Source of the DNA: Candidatus Kuenenia stuttgartensis
Lineage (GTDB): Bacteria; Planctomycetota; Brocadiia; Brocadiales; Brocadiaceae
NCBI RefSeq assembly: GCF_900232105.1
Contig: NZ_LT934425.1
Location: 1,710,001-1,742,000 of the forward strand
Direction: 5' to 3'
Length of the DNA: 32,000 nt
Shown here one piece after another: positions 15,544 through 23,935 of this stretch. The position numbers were made by a program, and so were the translations under genes. The notes under the pieces are model-generated. The model did not search any database. It worked only from the letters and a program-made list of their open reading frames with translations, and was not told the DNA's origin. Numbering within the stretch: the first letter of the stretch is position 1; each line of letters opens with the position of its first letter.

Positions 15544-15554
15544 GAATTATAATT

Positions 15555-16097
15555 ATGATGATACCAAAGATGGTTTTCTTTACAAAAGGCGTTGGGAAAC
15601 ATAAAGACAAATTGCAATCCTTTGAACTTGCCTTAAGAAAAGCTGGTATAGAAAAATGTAATTTGGTACGCGTATCCAGTATATGTCCGCCAAATTGCAA
15701 GATAATCTCCAAGCCACAGGGAGTTCCCATGCTAAAGGCCGGGCAGGTCGTTTTCTGTGTAATGAGCGAAAATTCTACTTGCGAACCAAACAGGATGATA
15801 ACCGCTTCCGTCGGTATGGCCATACCTTCAACCGTGGGTTATGGATATCTGAGCGAGCACCATGCCTTCGGAGAAACTGAGGAAAAATCCGGCGATTATG
15901 CTGAAGACCTTGCGGCTAGCATGTTAGCAAGCACCCTGGGTATCGAATTTGACCCTGAGAAAAACTACGATGAACGCAAAGAAATTTACCGGATGAGCGG
16001 GAAGATTGTAAAGACAAGGAATATTACTCAGGCGGCAAGAGGAGATAAGCACGGTTTATGGACAACCGTTGTAGCTGCCGCAGTGTTTGTTTTATAA
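15555..16097 (+). CDS. pdaD: Pyruvoyl-dependent arginine decarboxylase
   Basis: [46 protein letters not shown] contains the Ser-Ser self-processing site of PvlArgDC. SD aaggaa lies 8 nt upstream of ATG 15555. The ORF-track start at 15405 only adds a translation of the tandem repeat. Confidence 0.85.
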   Translation: MMIPKMVFFTKGVGKHKDKLQSFELALRKAGIEKCNLVRVSSICPPNCKIISKPQGVPMLKAGQVVFCVMSENSTCEPNRMITASVGMAIPSTVGYGYLSEHHAFGETEEKSGDYAEDLAASMLASTLGIEFDPEKNYDERKEIYRMSGKIVKTRNITQAARGDKHGLWTTVVAAAVFVL

Positions 16098-16166
16098 GGA
16101 ATTTTTCCCGTTTATTACGTTGAAAATATACTTCAAACTTCAGGCAATAAAACGTTCCCCTAATAC

Positions 16167-17402
16167 ATGAAAGAACACGTACCCGAATACTTACAAGAAC
16201 TTCCTTCAGGGGGCATAGTCACTCCAAAAGAGTTTCAGGCTTCAGGAACTTATTGTGGAATAAAAACAGCAAAAGAGAGTCTTGACCTGGGCATAATTTT
16301 CTCAAAAACCTCTGCAACGGGAGCGGCTCTTTTCACAACAAACAAGATATGTGCTGCGCCTGTACTGCTGGGGAGAAAAAACACCCGGGGCGGAAAACTT
16401 CGTGCAGTAGTGGTAAACAGCGGCAATGCTAATGCATGCACAGGGGAGCGTGGTTACAAAGATGCTGAAGAGATGGCATTGATAACGTCAAAACTCCTCG
16501 CAATTCCTCCGGAAGAAATTTTGGTATCTTCCACAGGCATCATAGGCAAACACTTGCCAATGGATAAAATTTCCGCGGGGATTCAGCAGGCATCCGCCTC
16601 TTTAGGCAATACCCCTGCGCATGGAAGATCAATCGCGCAGGCGATTATGACCACGGATACAAGACCCAAAAGCATTGCGATTAAAATAAAAACACAAGGA
16701 AAAGAAGTGTTCATTGGAGGAATCTGCAAGGGGGCAGGAATGATCTCCCCAAACCTTGCCACAATGCTCTGTTTCTTAACGACCGATGCTAAAATTTCAG
16801 CAGACCTTTTGCATACGTGCCTTGTACATTCAGCAGAGCAATCTTTTAACCGTATCACGATTGACGGGCACATGAGTACAAACGACACCGCCGCCATTAT
16901 TGCAAACGGGGCTTCCGGCGTTGAGGTGACGTCTGAAGGGGCCGAATTATCACTGTTTCAGAAAGGGCTCGACTACGTTGCCGGATGGCTGGCAAAAGCC
17001 ATTATTCTGGACGGGGAAGGGGCAACAAAATTCATTCAAATCTTTGTAACGGGTGCAAAATCCCTCAATGACGCTACCAAAACCGCCAGAACCATCGGAG
17101 ATTCACCTCTCGTAAAAACAGCAATGCACGGAAGCGACCCAAACTGGGGGCGTATCGTTTCTGCCGCCGGATATGCCGGGGTTGAGCTTGACGAAGCAAA
17201 TACCACGCTTCATATCAATGATGTGCTTGTGTATGAAAAGGGAATGCCCGCCTCTTTTGATCATGCCACCCTAAAAACTTCTATGCAAGCGCGTGATATT
17301 TTTATCAAACTGCAAATAGGAACCGGAGATTACTCGGATACAATCCGGACGTGTGATTTATCAAAAGAATACGTCTCTATCAATGCCGATTATCACACCT
17401 AA
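16167..17402 (+). CDS. argJ: Bifunctional ornithine acetyltransferase / N-acetylglutamate synthase
   Basis: VVNSGNANACTG, MTTDT, KGAGMISPNLATMLCFLTTDA (autoprocessing Thr), DGHMSTNDT, NWGRI. Confidence 0.92.
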   Translation: MKEHVPEYLQELPSGGIVTPKEFQASGTYCGIKTAKESLDLGIIFSKTSATGAALFTTNKICAAPVLLGRKNTRGGKLRAVVVNSGNANACTGERGYKDAEEMALITSKLLAIPPEEILVSSTGIIGKHLPMDKISAGIQQASASLGNTPAHGRSIAQAIMTTDTRPKSIAIKIKTQGKEVFIGGICKGAGMISPNLATMLCFLTTDAKISADLLHTCLVHSAEQSFNRITIDGHMSTNDTAAIIANGASGVEVTSEGAELSLFQKGLDYVAGWLAKAIILDGEGATKFIQIFVTGAKSLNDATKTARTIGDSPLVKTAMHGSDPNWGRIVSAAGYAGVELDEANTTLHINDVLVYEKGMPASFDHATLKTSMQARDIFIKLQIGTGDYSDTIRTCDLSKEYVSINADYHT

Positions 17403-17749
17403 CCTGAACACGCCAACAGCCAGACAAACACAAAACGCCAAATACGAAAGTAGAACTACAAGTTACTTTGCGCAGCCTTTGGCCGCAACAAATTCAAATG
17501 ACAAAAACCTCAATGCTCCAAACTTTACGCAAGCCTCATCCAATCAATGCTTCACGGTTATGCCTTTTGAAAAACGAGCATTAAAAACAAGAAGTTGCTG
17601 GATAGTAGTACAGATTAAAAAAATTGTAAAGTATAGAGGCAAAGCATTTGCTACAAAGCTGCTACGTCTCCGTTTATTTAGTACAAAATATCACATTATC
17701 TGAATATGGAATTTTTTGTTTCTTGTAAACATTACCCTGCTCAGTTGTT

Positions 17750-17798
17750 ATATACTCAATCAGACTGAAACCACTGGTTTCAGTCTGATTGAGTATAT
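17750..17798. repeat. 49-nt perfect palindrome (23-bp stem, 3-nt loop) between convergent argJ and miaB
   Basis: atatactcaatcagactgaaacc-act-ggtttcagtctgattgagtatat, read directly. No T-run on either side. Confidence 0.9.
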
Positions 17799-17877
17799 CA
17801 ATTTATAGCAACTAATTCGCCCCTACATGTAAAATCTGATTACCGGTTTTACGTGGGTTAGATAGTTAGGGGAAATG

Positions 17878-19221
17878 CTATATTGTGCCAAAAAGTGTAA
17901 GGTCTGTTGCTTCATTTATTGTTATATCCACAAGTGTGCCCACCAGCGCTGGTTGTCCCTTGAACACAACAATATTGTTCTGCCGCGTCCTGCCGGAGAG
18001 TTTGTTGGGGTCTGATTTGCTTGCGCCTTCGACAAGCACCTGCAGCTTCCTGCCAATCAGTTTTTTATTTTCTTCAAGGCTGATTTTCTTTTGCAAATCC
18101 AGTAGCGTTGTATTTCTTTTTTTCTTTATTTCATCAGGCACGTCGTCTGTCAGTTCTGCAGCCTTAGTGCCTGTGCGGGTTGAATACTTGAATATGAAGC
18201 TGTTTTGAAAGCGAATGTCTTCCATTAAACACACGGTTTCCTGAAAATCTTCTTCCGTTTCTCCCGGAAAACCTACAATGAAATCGCCTGCCACTTTAAT
18301 AGTGGGCATGAGGTCCCTCGCGTATTGTATGAGTTCTCGGTAATAACCTGCCGTATAACCACGATGCATTTTTTTTAGTATCCGGTCTGATCCGGACTGT
18401 GCAGGCATGTGTAAATATTCACAGGCTTTATCAAGTTGGCTCATGGTGCGGATAAGGTCGCGGGACATGTCTTTTGGGTGTGAAGTTACAAATCGTAGCC
18501 GTTCGAGTTTTTCGATGCCATTCAATTCAATAAGGAGGTCTCCAAGGGTGATGTTCCCCGGCAAACTCTTTCCGTATGAATTTATGTTTTGCCCGAGTAG
18601 GGTAATTTCCCTGCAACCGTTTGAAACAAGCTCCAACACTTCTCGCTCAACGTCAGCAATTGTCCTGCTGACCTCCCTACCCCGTACATAGGGAACAATA
18701 CAGTAGGAACAGTAATTATCGCATCCTCTCATAACGGTGACGAATGCCTGATAGACGTTTGGCCGGTATGCGGCAATTCTTTTTACATCAACAATTTCAT
18801 CCTCATCTACAGCAAGAACGTGGTTGCCATGGTTCCTGATCTTCAAAAGTAATTCAGGCAGCCGGGTAAACATCCTGGTACCGCAGACCAGATCAACGTG
18901 GGGCATGCGTTTGAAAATAGATTGTGCGTCCTTTTGCGCCATGCAGCCAAGTACGCCTATGATTACATCGGGATGTTTTTTCTTGAGGGTTCTCAATGCG
19001 CCAAGATGTGAATATACCTTGTCCTCAGCGTGCTGGCGCACACTGCATGTATTGTATAAAATGACGTCCGCCTCTTCGACCTTGTCAACAATGCTGTAAC
19101 CGTCTTCCTGTAAAAGCCCCAATGACAATTCCGCATCGAGTTTGTTCATCTGGCATCCAAATGTTTCAAAGAAAACAGTTTTATACTGCCGTTCGTTTTT
19201 ATAATCGACCAGGTTAATCAT
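17878..19221 (-). CDS. miaB: tRNA (i6A37) methylthiotransferase, radical SAM
   Basis: N-terminal FETFGCQMNKLDAE and NTCSVRQHAEDKV, the radical-SAM cluster GCDNYCSYCIVPYVRGREVSR, and a C-terminal TRAM-like region. Confidence 0.85.
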   Translation of the reverse strand: MINLVDYKNERQYKTVFFETFGCQMNKLDAELSLGLLQEDGYSIVDKVEEADVILYNTCSVRQHAEDKVYSHLGALRTLKKKHPDVIIGVLGCMAQKDAQSIFKRMPHVDLVCGTRMFTRLPELLLKIRNHGNHVLAVDEDEIVDVKRIAAYRPNVYQAFVTVMRGCDNYCSYCIVPYVRGREVSRTIADVEREVLELVSNGCREITLLGQNINSYGKSLPGNITLGDLLIELNGIEKLERLRFVTSHPKDMSRDLIRTMSQLDKACEYLHMPAQSGSDRILKKMHRGYTAGYYRELIQYARDLMPTIKVAGDFIVGFPGETEEDFQETVCLMEDIRFQNSFIFKYSTRTGTKAAELTDDVPDEIKKKRNTTLLDLQKKISLEENKKLIGRKLQVLVEGASKSDPNKLSGRTRQNNIVVFKGQPALVGTLVDITINEATDLTLFGTI

Positions 19222-19276
19222 GACAGATAAATAGTGTGCAAAATTGATTAAACGTATAAAAATTTCAAACCATTCT

Positions 19277-19305
19277 TGTAGGGGTGTATTGCAATACGCC
19301 CCTAC
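19277..19305. repeat. Solo GTAG...CTAC palindromic hairpin (REP-like)
   Basis: tgtaggggtgtattgcaatacgcccctac: a 14-bp stem with one G-T pair, palindromic through the GTAG/CTAC ends. Confidence 0.75.
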
Positions 19306-19390
19306 GTCGGCAAAAACAAAAGTTGCGATTCAATTTTAACTAACTTTAAAAAGGAATCCAAACAGATTTCCCCCATTTCATTCATTCTGT

Positions 19391-19419
19391 TTGACTTTTA
19401 TTCTTTCATTGGCGATAAT
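19391..19419 (+). promoter_or_regulatory. Candidate sigma-70 promoter giving a near-leaderless transcript
   Basis: TTGACT (19391-19396), an exact 17-nt spacer, then GATAAT (19414-19419). The ATG of the next gene is at 19431 and no SD lies in between. Confidence 0.45.
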
Positions 19420-19430
19420 CAGGCCAAATA

Positions 19431-19991
19431 ATGGAACAGGAAAAGATATTGGTTAAAACAAAAAATCTTAACAGTGCTAATACTGCGCTGCTTATTTGTG
19501 ATATGCTCAATGATTTCGTTAAAAAAGGCGCTTCGCTGGAAGTGCCGGCAGCAAGGGACATTATTCCCGGAATAAAAAAGGAAATACTGTCGGCGAGAAA
19601 ATCAGGCATTCCGGTTATTTATTGTTGTGACGCTCACATAAAAAATGATCCGGAGTTTTCCTTATGGCCGGAACATGCCGTTGAAGGAACAGAAGGGGCG
19701 TGTATAGTTAAGGAACTGGCGCCGGGGAAAGATGATTTTCTCGTTACCAAGAAGCGCTACTCATGTTTTTACAAAACATCATTGCAAAAAGTATTAAAAC
19801 AGTTTGGTGCAACGCATTTGATAATTACAGGGGTGGTTACTAATATTTGCGTATTGTACACAGTTTGTGATGCATATATGAGGGGCTACGCGGTGACTAT
19901 TCCGCAAAATTGTGTAGCTGCGCTTACTAAAAAAGATCATGTATATGCACTGCAACAAATGAAGCGTATTTTTAACGCGAAGATACGATAA
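19431..19991 (+). CDS. Isochorismatase-family cysteine hydrolase (nicotinamidase-like)
   Basis: ALLICDMLNDF, KKRYSCFY, LIITGVVTNICVLYT (catalytic Cys context). Confidence 0.85.
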   Translation: MEQEKILVKTKNLNSANTALLICDMLNDFVKKGASLEVPAARDIIPGIKKEILSARKSGIPVIYCCDAHIKNDPEFSLWPEHAVEGTEGACIVKELAPGKDDFLVTKKRYSCFYKTSLQKVLKQFGATHLIITGVVTNICVLYTVCDAYMRGYAVTIPQNCVAALTKKDHVYALQQMKRIFNAKIR

Positions 19992-20031
19992 TGTGTAACA
20001 CTTGTAAATTAATTGCATAAAAACTAACACT

Positions 20032-21168
20032 ATGGGAATGTTTAGCCTTATCGCAATCCTGATTAGCCTTGCAGCTATTTTCAGCTACATAAACTTTCGC
20101 CTCATAAAGCTTCCCACCACTATCGGTATTTTGCTGATAACAATTCTCACTTCTTTGGTCATTGTAATATTGGGGCTGTTCGGGTTGGGAGAAATCCATG
20201 TGAAAGCGGCATATGCTTTGAACCGGATTGACTTTAATAAAACGCTTATGAACGGCATGCTCAGTTTTCTCCTTTTTGCGGGGGCGTTACATGTCAACCT
20301 GGAAGACCTCTCAAAACATAAGTATATCATTATTATTCTGGCGACATTTGGAATTATAGCAAATACTTTTATTGTGGGCAGTCTGGCATGGCTGGTATTT
20401 GCGCTGGTGAATATCAAGTTATCCTACATTTACTGCCTTTTGTTTGGAGCGCTCATCGCCCCGACAGACCCTATCGCAGTTATTGGCATACTGAAGAAAG
20501 CGGGGGTTTCCAAGAGCCTTGAAACAAAAATCACAGGCGAGAGCCTTTTCAATGACGGAGTTGCGGTAGTTGTATTTTTAATCCTTTTGGAAATTGCAAC
20601 CGGTGGGCACGAAGTGACCTTTCAGCACATCTCCTTTCTCTTTATCGAGGAAGCGGTCGGAGGAATCGTTTTTGGGTTTGTGACTGGCATGATCGCTTTT
20701 TTTATGCTTAAGGCAGTTGATAACTATCAGGTAGAGATACTTGTTACCCTTGCGATGAGCGAGAAAACACGCGGCCACCTGGACTCTTTTTGGGAGTTGA
20801 TCGATGAAGTATTAAACGCGGTTCTTTTCCTCATGATCGGGATGGAAGTGCTGGTGGTTACCATAAAAATAAATTACCTGATTGCCGGGCTTATAATGAT
20901 TCCTATCGTGTTGATAGCCCGTTTTATAAGTGTGGGTGTGCCGGTGACGCTCATGCGTTTTCTGAAAGAATTCAGTCCGAATGCCATAAAAATCCTCACA
21001 TGGGGCGGATTGCGCGGCGGTATCTCCGTAGCGCTTGCCCTGTCGCTTCCTGCAGGGGAATCGAGGGAGGTCTTATTGACAATAACTTACATAATCGTCG
21101 TGTTTTCAATAGTAGCCCAGGGGTTAACCATCGGGCATTATGTATCTTCCCTGAAAACTACGGAGTAA
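20032..21168 (+). CDS. CPA1-family Na+/H+ antiporter (NhaP-like), possibly carrying an internal in-frame deletion
   Basis: [68 protein letters not shown]. At 378 aa it is shorter than I expect for this family. Confidence 0.85.
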   Translation: MGMFSLIAILISLAAIFSYINFRLIKLPTTIGILLITILTSLVIVILGLFGLGEIHVKAAYALNRIDFNKTLMNGMLSFLLFAGALHVNLEDLSKHKYIIIILATFGIIANTFIVGSLAWLVFALVNIKLSYIYCLLFGALIAPTDPIAVIGILKKAGVSKSLETKITGESLFNDGVAVVVFLILLEIATGGHEVTFQHISFLFIEEAVGGIVFGFVTGMIAFFMLKAVDNYQVEILVTLAMSEKTRGHLDSFWELIDEVLNAVLFLMIGMEVLVVTIKINYLIAGLIMIPIVLIARFISVGVPVTLMRFLKEFSPNAIKILTWGGLRGGISVALALSLPAGESREVLLTITYIIVVFSIVAQGLTIGHYVSSLKTTE

Positions 21169-21266
21169 TTTTTAAAATGTCGGATGTGTAGAACCGTCGG
21201 AAATGTTCGTGCCTTCCCAGTAAGTTGAGGTAAACAGCCCCCCTGGTCTCCTTTATTAATGGGGAA

Positions 21267-21322
21267 TACTGTACAGTCGGCAATCGGCAATCTACAGTCG
21301 GCAAACTGCAAATTGCGGACGG
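21267..21322. repeat. Degenerate heptanucleotide tandem array, about 8 units, same family as 6971-7054
   Basis: tactgta cagtcgg caatcgg caatcta cagtcgg caaactg caaattg cggacgg. It lies between convergent genes. Confidence 0.8.
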
Positions 21323-21345
21323 TGAAAGATAGTTGCGAATATTTG

Positions 21346-21960
21346 TTACTCTTTCTTAACACTCGAAATACTTACCTGTGGATTAAGTGTTGGTGTAAAA
21401 TTGTCCGGGAGGAGGTATTTTTCGGGCAATTTTATTTTTTTTGCCAATTCTTCAAGATTATTCACGCCGAGTTCATTGTATGCATGGAGCAGGATTTTTG
21501 CACATGCCACGGCGTCTTCTTCTGCGTCATGGTGTTTGAACTCAATTTCAAGATATCGGGAAATTTTATTAAGTGCGTATCCAAGAAGCCCCGGCCAAAC
21601 ACGTTTGGCTATTGCAAGGGTGCAAAAATAATTGAGAGGCGGGTAAGGTATTTTGTACACATCGAGAATGCAGCACAATACACTCATATCAAAACTTGCA
21701 TTATGGGCGACGAGATAACTGCCTTCCAGGAACGGAAATATTTCGTCCCACAATTGATAAAATTCCGGTTTGTCTTCTACATCTTTTGCTGAGATCCCGT
21801 GGATATATGTACTAAACGGATCAAAGTAAAGCTCCGGTGGCCTGATAAGCCATGACGTCCTTTTTACAATCGTTTGTTCTTCAATTATCGCCAATCCCAA
21901 AGAACAAACACTGGAACGCTTTGCATTTGCCGTCTCAAAATCTATCGCAACACATTTCAT
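21346..21960 (-). CDS. DEDDh 3'-5' exonuclease (DnaQ/epsilon-like domain protein)
   Basis: ExoI AIDFETA, ExoII LVAHNASFDMSVL, ExoIII HHDAEEDAVACAKIL. Confidence 0.85.
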   Translation of the reverse strand: MKCVAIDFETANAKRSSVCSLGLAIIEEQTIVKRTSWLIRPPELYFDPFSTYIHGISAKDVEDKPEFYQLWDEIFPFLEGSYLVAHNASFDMSVLCCILDVYKIPYPPLNYFCTLAIAKRVWPGLLGYALNKISRYLEIEFKHHDAEEDAVACAKILLHAYNELGVNNLEELAKKIKLPEKYLLPDNFTPTLNPQVSISSVKKE

Positions 21961-22143
21961 TTGTTTTCTAAAGAAGCAAAAATAGCACTGTATCCTTCAA
22001 ACGGTTTTTATAAAAGATAAAATCATAACACACAACAGAATCAAAAATCTATTACGTTCTTAAAAAAAAGTATCTGGTAATAAATGTAGCGGACACCAAA
22101 TGGATTGCCCAGTGGGTATTGCGTGCTTTTTCAGTAATGAGTT

Positions 22144-22999
22144 TTAAAATGGAATATGAAATAAAACCAATTGAATTCCAGCCGCGCTTTCAATATAGCT
22201 GGTGACTGTTGAAGTGCCTGGTATTGCGCCGCTTATTGTTCCCATTGCGTCCGATAGAAACACTCGTTTTATCCGTGGGATTTTTCCGTTTTTATAGAAT
22301 CCCCCTTGTTCCCCAACTCCGACTACCGTTCCTACGGTATCAAAAAGGTCTAAAAAGAAAAAAACAAAAACGATGGAAATAAGCCCTGGGTGAGTCAGTA
22401 TTTTAACGGGGTCGCATTTTAATAATGTCGGTTCTATTGAGGGTGGCATGCTGACAATACCCTGATAATGTACCAACCCGAGGGGGACCCCTATGAATGT
22501 CCATACAAGATTGCTCCCCGGATTTTAAGGGCCACCATTGTTCCTATTGCAATGACGCCAAACAGCGGTAACCACATTTCCGGCGATTTAGGGTCGCCGA
22601 GTCCAACAAGGACGCCAGGTTTATCCACAATAATTCCGCCATATCAAACCCTACCAGCGCAATCAACAATCCGATTCCAACGGCAATGGCGCTTTTTAAC
22701 GAATCGGGTATGATAAATATTACCAGTTCACGCAATCCGAAAAACGACAGAATAAGTAATAAGTAATAAAACGCCGGCGGTATGGGATAATTGGCAAGAA
22801 GTGCCATGAGTATGCACGCAAATGCACTGGAAATGCACGTCGCCGTCATGACAGCACCAAAATCCATCCCGCAACCGGAAAGTACCGCAGGCTGGACGAA
22901 TATGATGTATGACATTGTCAAAAACGTAGTCGAGCCTGCAACCGTCTCCGTGCTGGTGTTCGTGCCGTTTTGCCGGAGTTTAAATATTTTTCCGGGCAT
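22144..22999 (-). pseudogene. Degraded NCS2-family purine (adenine/guanine/hypoxanthine) permease
   Basis: Homology is spread over three reading frames. Frame a reads FKLRQNGTNTSTETVAGSTTFLTMSYIIFVQPAVLS...LLANYPI then IPDSLKSAIAVGIGLLIALVGF. Frame b reads GGIIVDKPGVLVGLGDPKSPEMWLPLFGVIAIGTMVALKIRGAILYG. Frame c reads TFIGVPLGLVHYQGIVSMPPSIEPT...FFLDLFDTVGTVVGV...GTSTVTSYIESAAGI followed by an early stop. Confidence 0.8.
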
Positions 23000-23831
23000 T
23001 CATTTTTACCTTGTTCCAGAGAGCATCCAATTCTTCTATCGAACACTGTTCAATATCTTTTCCGCAGGAAGCAAGTTCTTTTTCTATTTTTTTAAAGCGG
23101 TCTACAAATTTATATATGGTTTTATGAAGTATATTTTCTGTGTCAAACTGTAAAAAACGGGAAAGATTCACCACGGAAAACAAAAGATCTCCGATTTCTT
23201 CCTCCATGTCTTTTGTTTCTTTCTTTGCGATAGCCTCTTTAACTTCCTCCATTTCTTCTTCCACTTTTGCTATGACATCGTTTATATCTTTCCAGTCAAA
23301 TCCCACTTTTGCCGCCTTCTTCTGTACTTTTTGCGCTTTTTGAAGCGCGGGAAGATGCTTTGGCAGTCCATCAACAGCAGATTTTCGTTCTTCGTATCCC
23401 TTCTCCTGTTTTTTAATCGCCTCCCACTGCTGAACCACTTCTTCTGAAGTAGATGCTGTCGAATCGCCAAAAACATGGGGATGGCGGCGCATCATTTTGT
23501 CCAGACATAATTTCATTACATCGTTGATATCAAACTCTTTTTTTTCCCTTGCAATTTGACAGTGGAAGATAATTTGCAGAAACAGGTCCGCCAGTTCCTC
23601 TTTAAGTTTGTCCGGTATGCCTGAATCTATTGCATCGATTACTTCGTATGTCTCTTCCACCAAATAGGGTTTTAAGGTTACATGGTTTTGTTCTTTATCC
23701 CACGGGCAGCCGTCCTTGCCGCGTAACCTTTCCATCAGTTCCACCATGTCATAGAATAAAGAAATAGAGGTATCCTTTTTCACTCTCATTTCATCCCTTC
23801 CGGAAATATTTGCAAAAACTCCATTTTTCAA
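22980..23831 (-). CDS. mazG: Nucleoside triphosphate pyrophosphohydrolase MazG
   Basis: GCPWDKEQNH, LVEETYEVIDAI, ELADLFLQIIFH, RRHPHVFG. The second half-domain carries VEEEMEEVKEAI and EEIGDLLFSVVNLSRF. The true start may be the ATG at 23789 (MRVKKD...). Confidence 0.9.
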   Translation of the reverse strand: MKNGVFANISGRDEMRVKKDTSISLFYDMVELMERLRGKDGCPWDKEQNHVTLKPYLVEETYEVIDAIDSGIPDKLKEELADLFLQIIFHCQIAREKKEFDINDVMKLCLDKMMRRHPHVFGDSTASTSEEVVQQWEAIKKQEKGYEERKSAVDGLPKHLPALQKAQKVQKKAAKVGFDWKDINDVIAKVEEEMEEVKEAIAKKETKDMEEEIGDLLFSVVNLSRFLQFDTENILHKTIYKFVDRFKKIEKELASCGKDIEQCSIEELDALWNKVKMNARKNI

Positions 23832-23863
23832 GGTGGTTATAATAACCTTTTAATTAATGGATA

Positions 23864-23935
23864 GTCAAACAAATCGTTACATTTTAGTTTTTAGAAAAAT
23901 GAATAGTAGGGACGAAGTATTTGCCCCTTACCCTT
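23864..23935. repeat. Half copy (left arm only) of the nested palindromic element family
   Basis: tagtcaaacaaatcgttacattttagtttttagaaaaatgaatagtagggacgaagtatttgcccc aligns with 12899-12972 (tagtcaaacaaatagtacactttagtcttttgaaa...aatgatttgtagtgcgacga). I found no matching right arm. Confidence 0.6.

Noticed and set aside
15405-15554. 50-codon N-terminal extension of pdaD in the ORF track
   Set aside because: The extension is the translated 47-bp tandem repeat, and homology to PvlArgDC begins at [10 protein letters not shown] good SD precedes ATG 15555.
17353-17703. 116-aa plus-strand ORF after argJ
   Set aside because: It overlaps the argJ 3' end, is low-complexity (N/T/Q/K-rich) with no SD, and lies in a compositionally skewed non-coding tract.
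21259-21792. 177-aa plus-strand ORF
   Set aside because: It begins in the heptamer array and runs antisense to the DEDDh exonuclease gene, which has all three Exo motifs.
22468-22713. 81-aa plus-strand ORF
   Set aside because: It is antisense to the NCS2 pseudogene remnants, and its product is Pro/Thr/Ser-rich and implausible.
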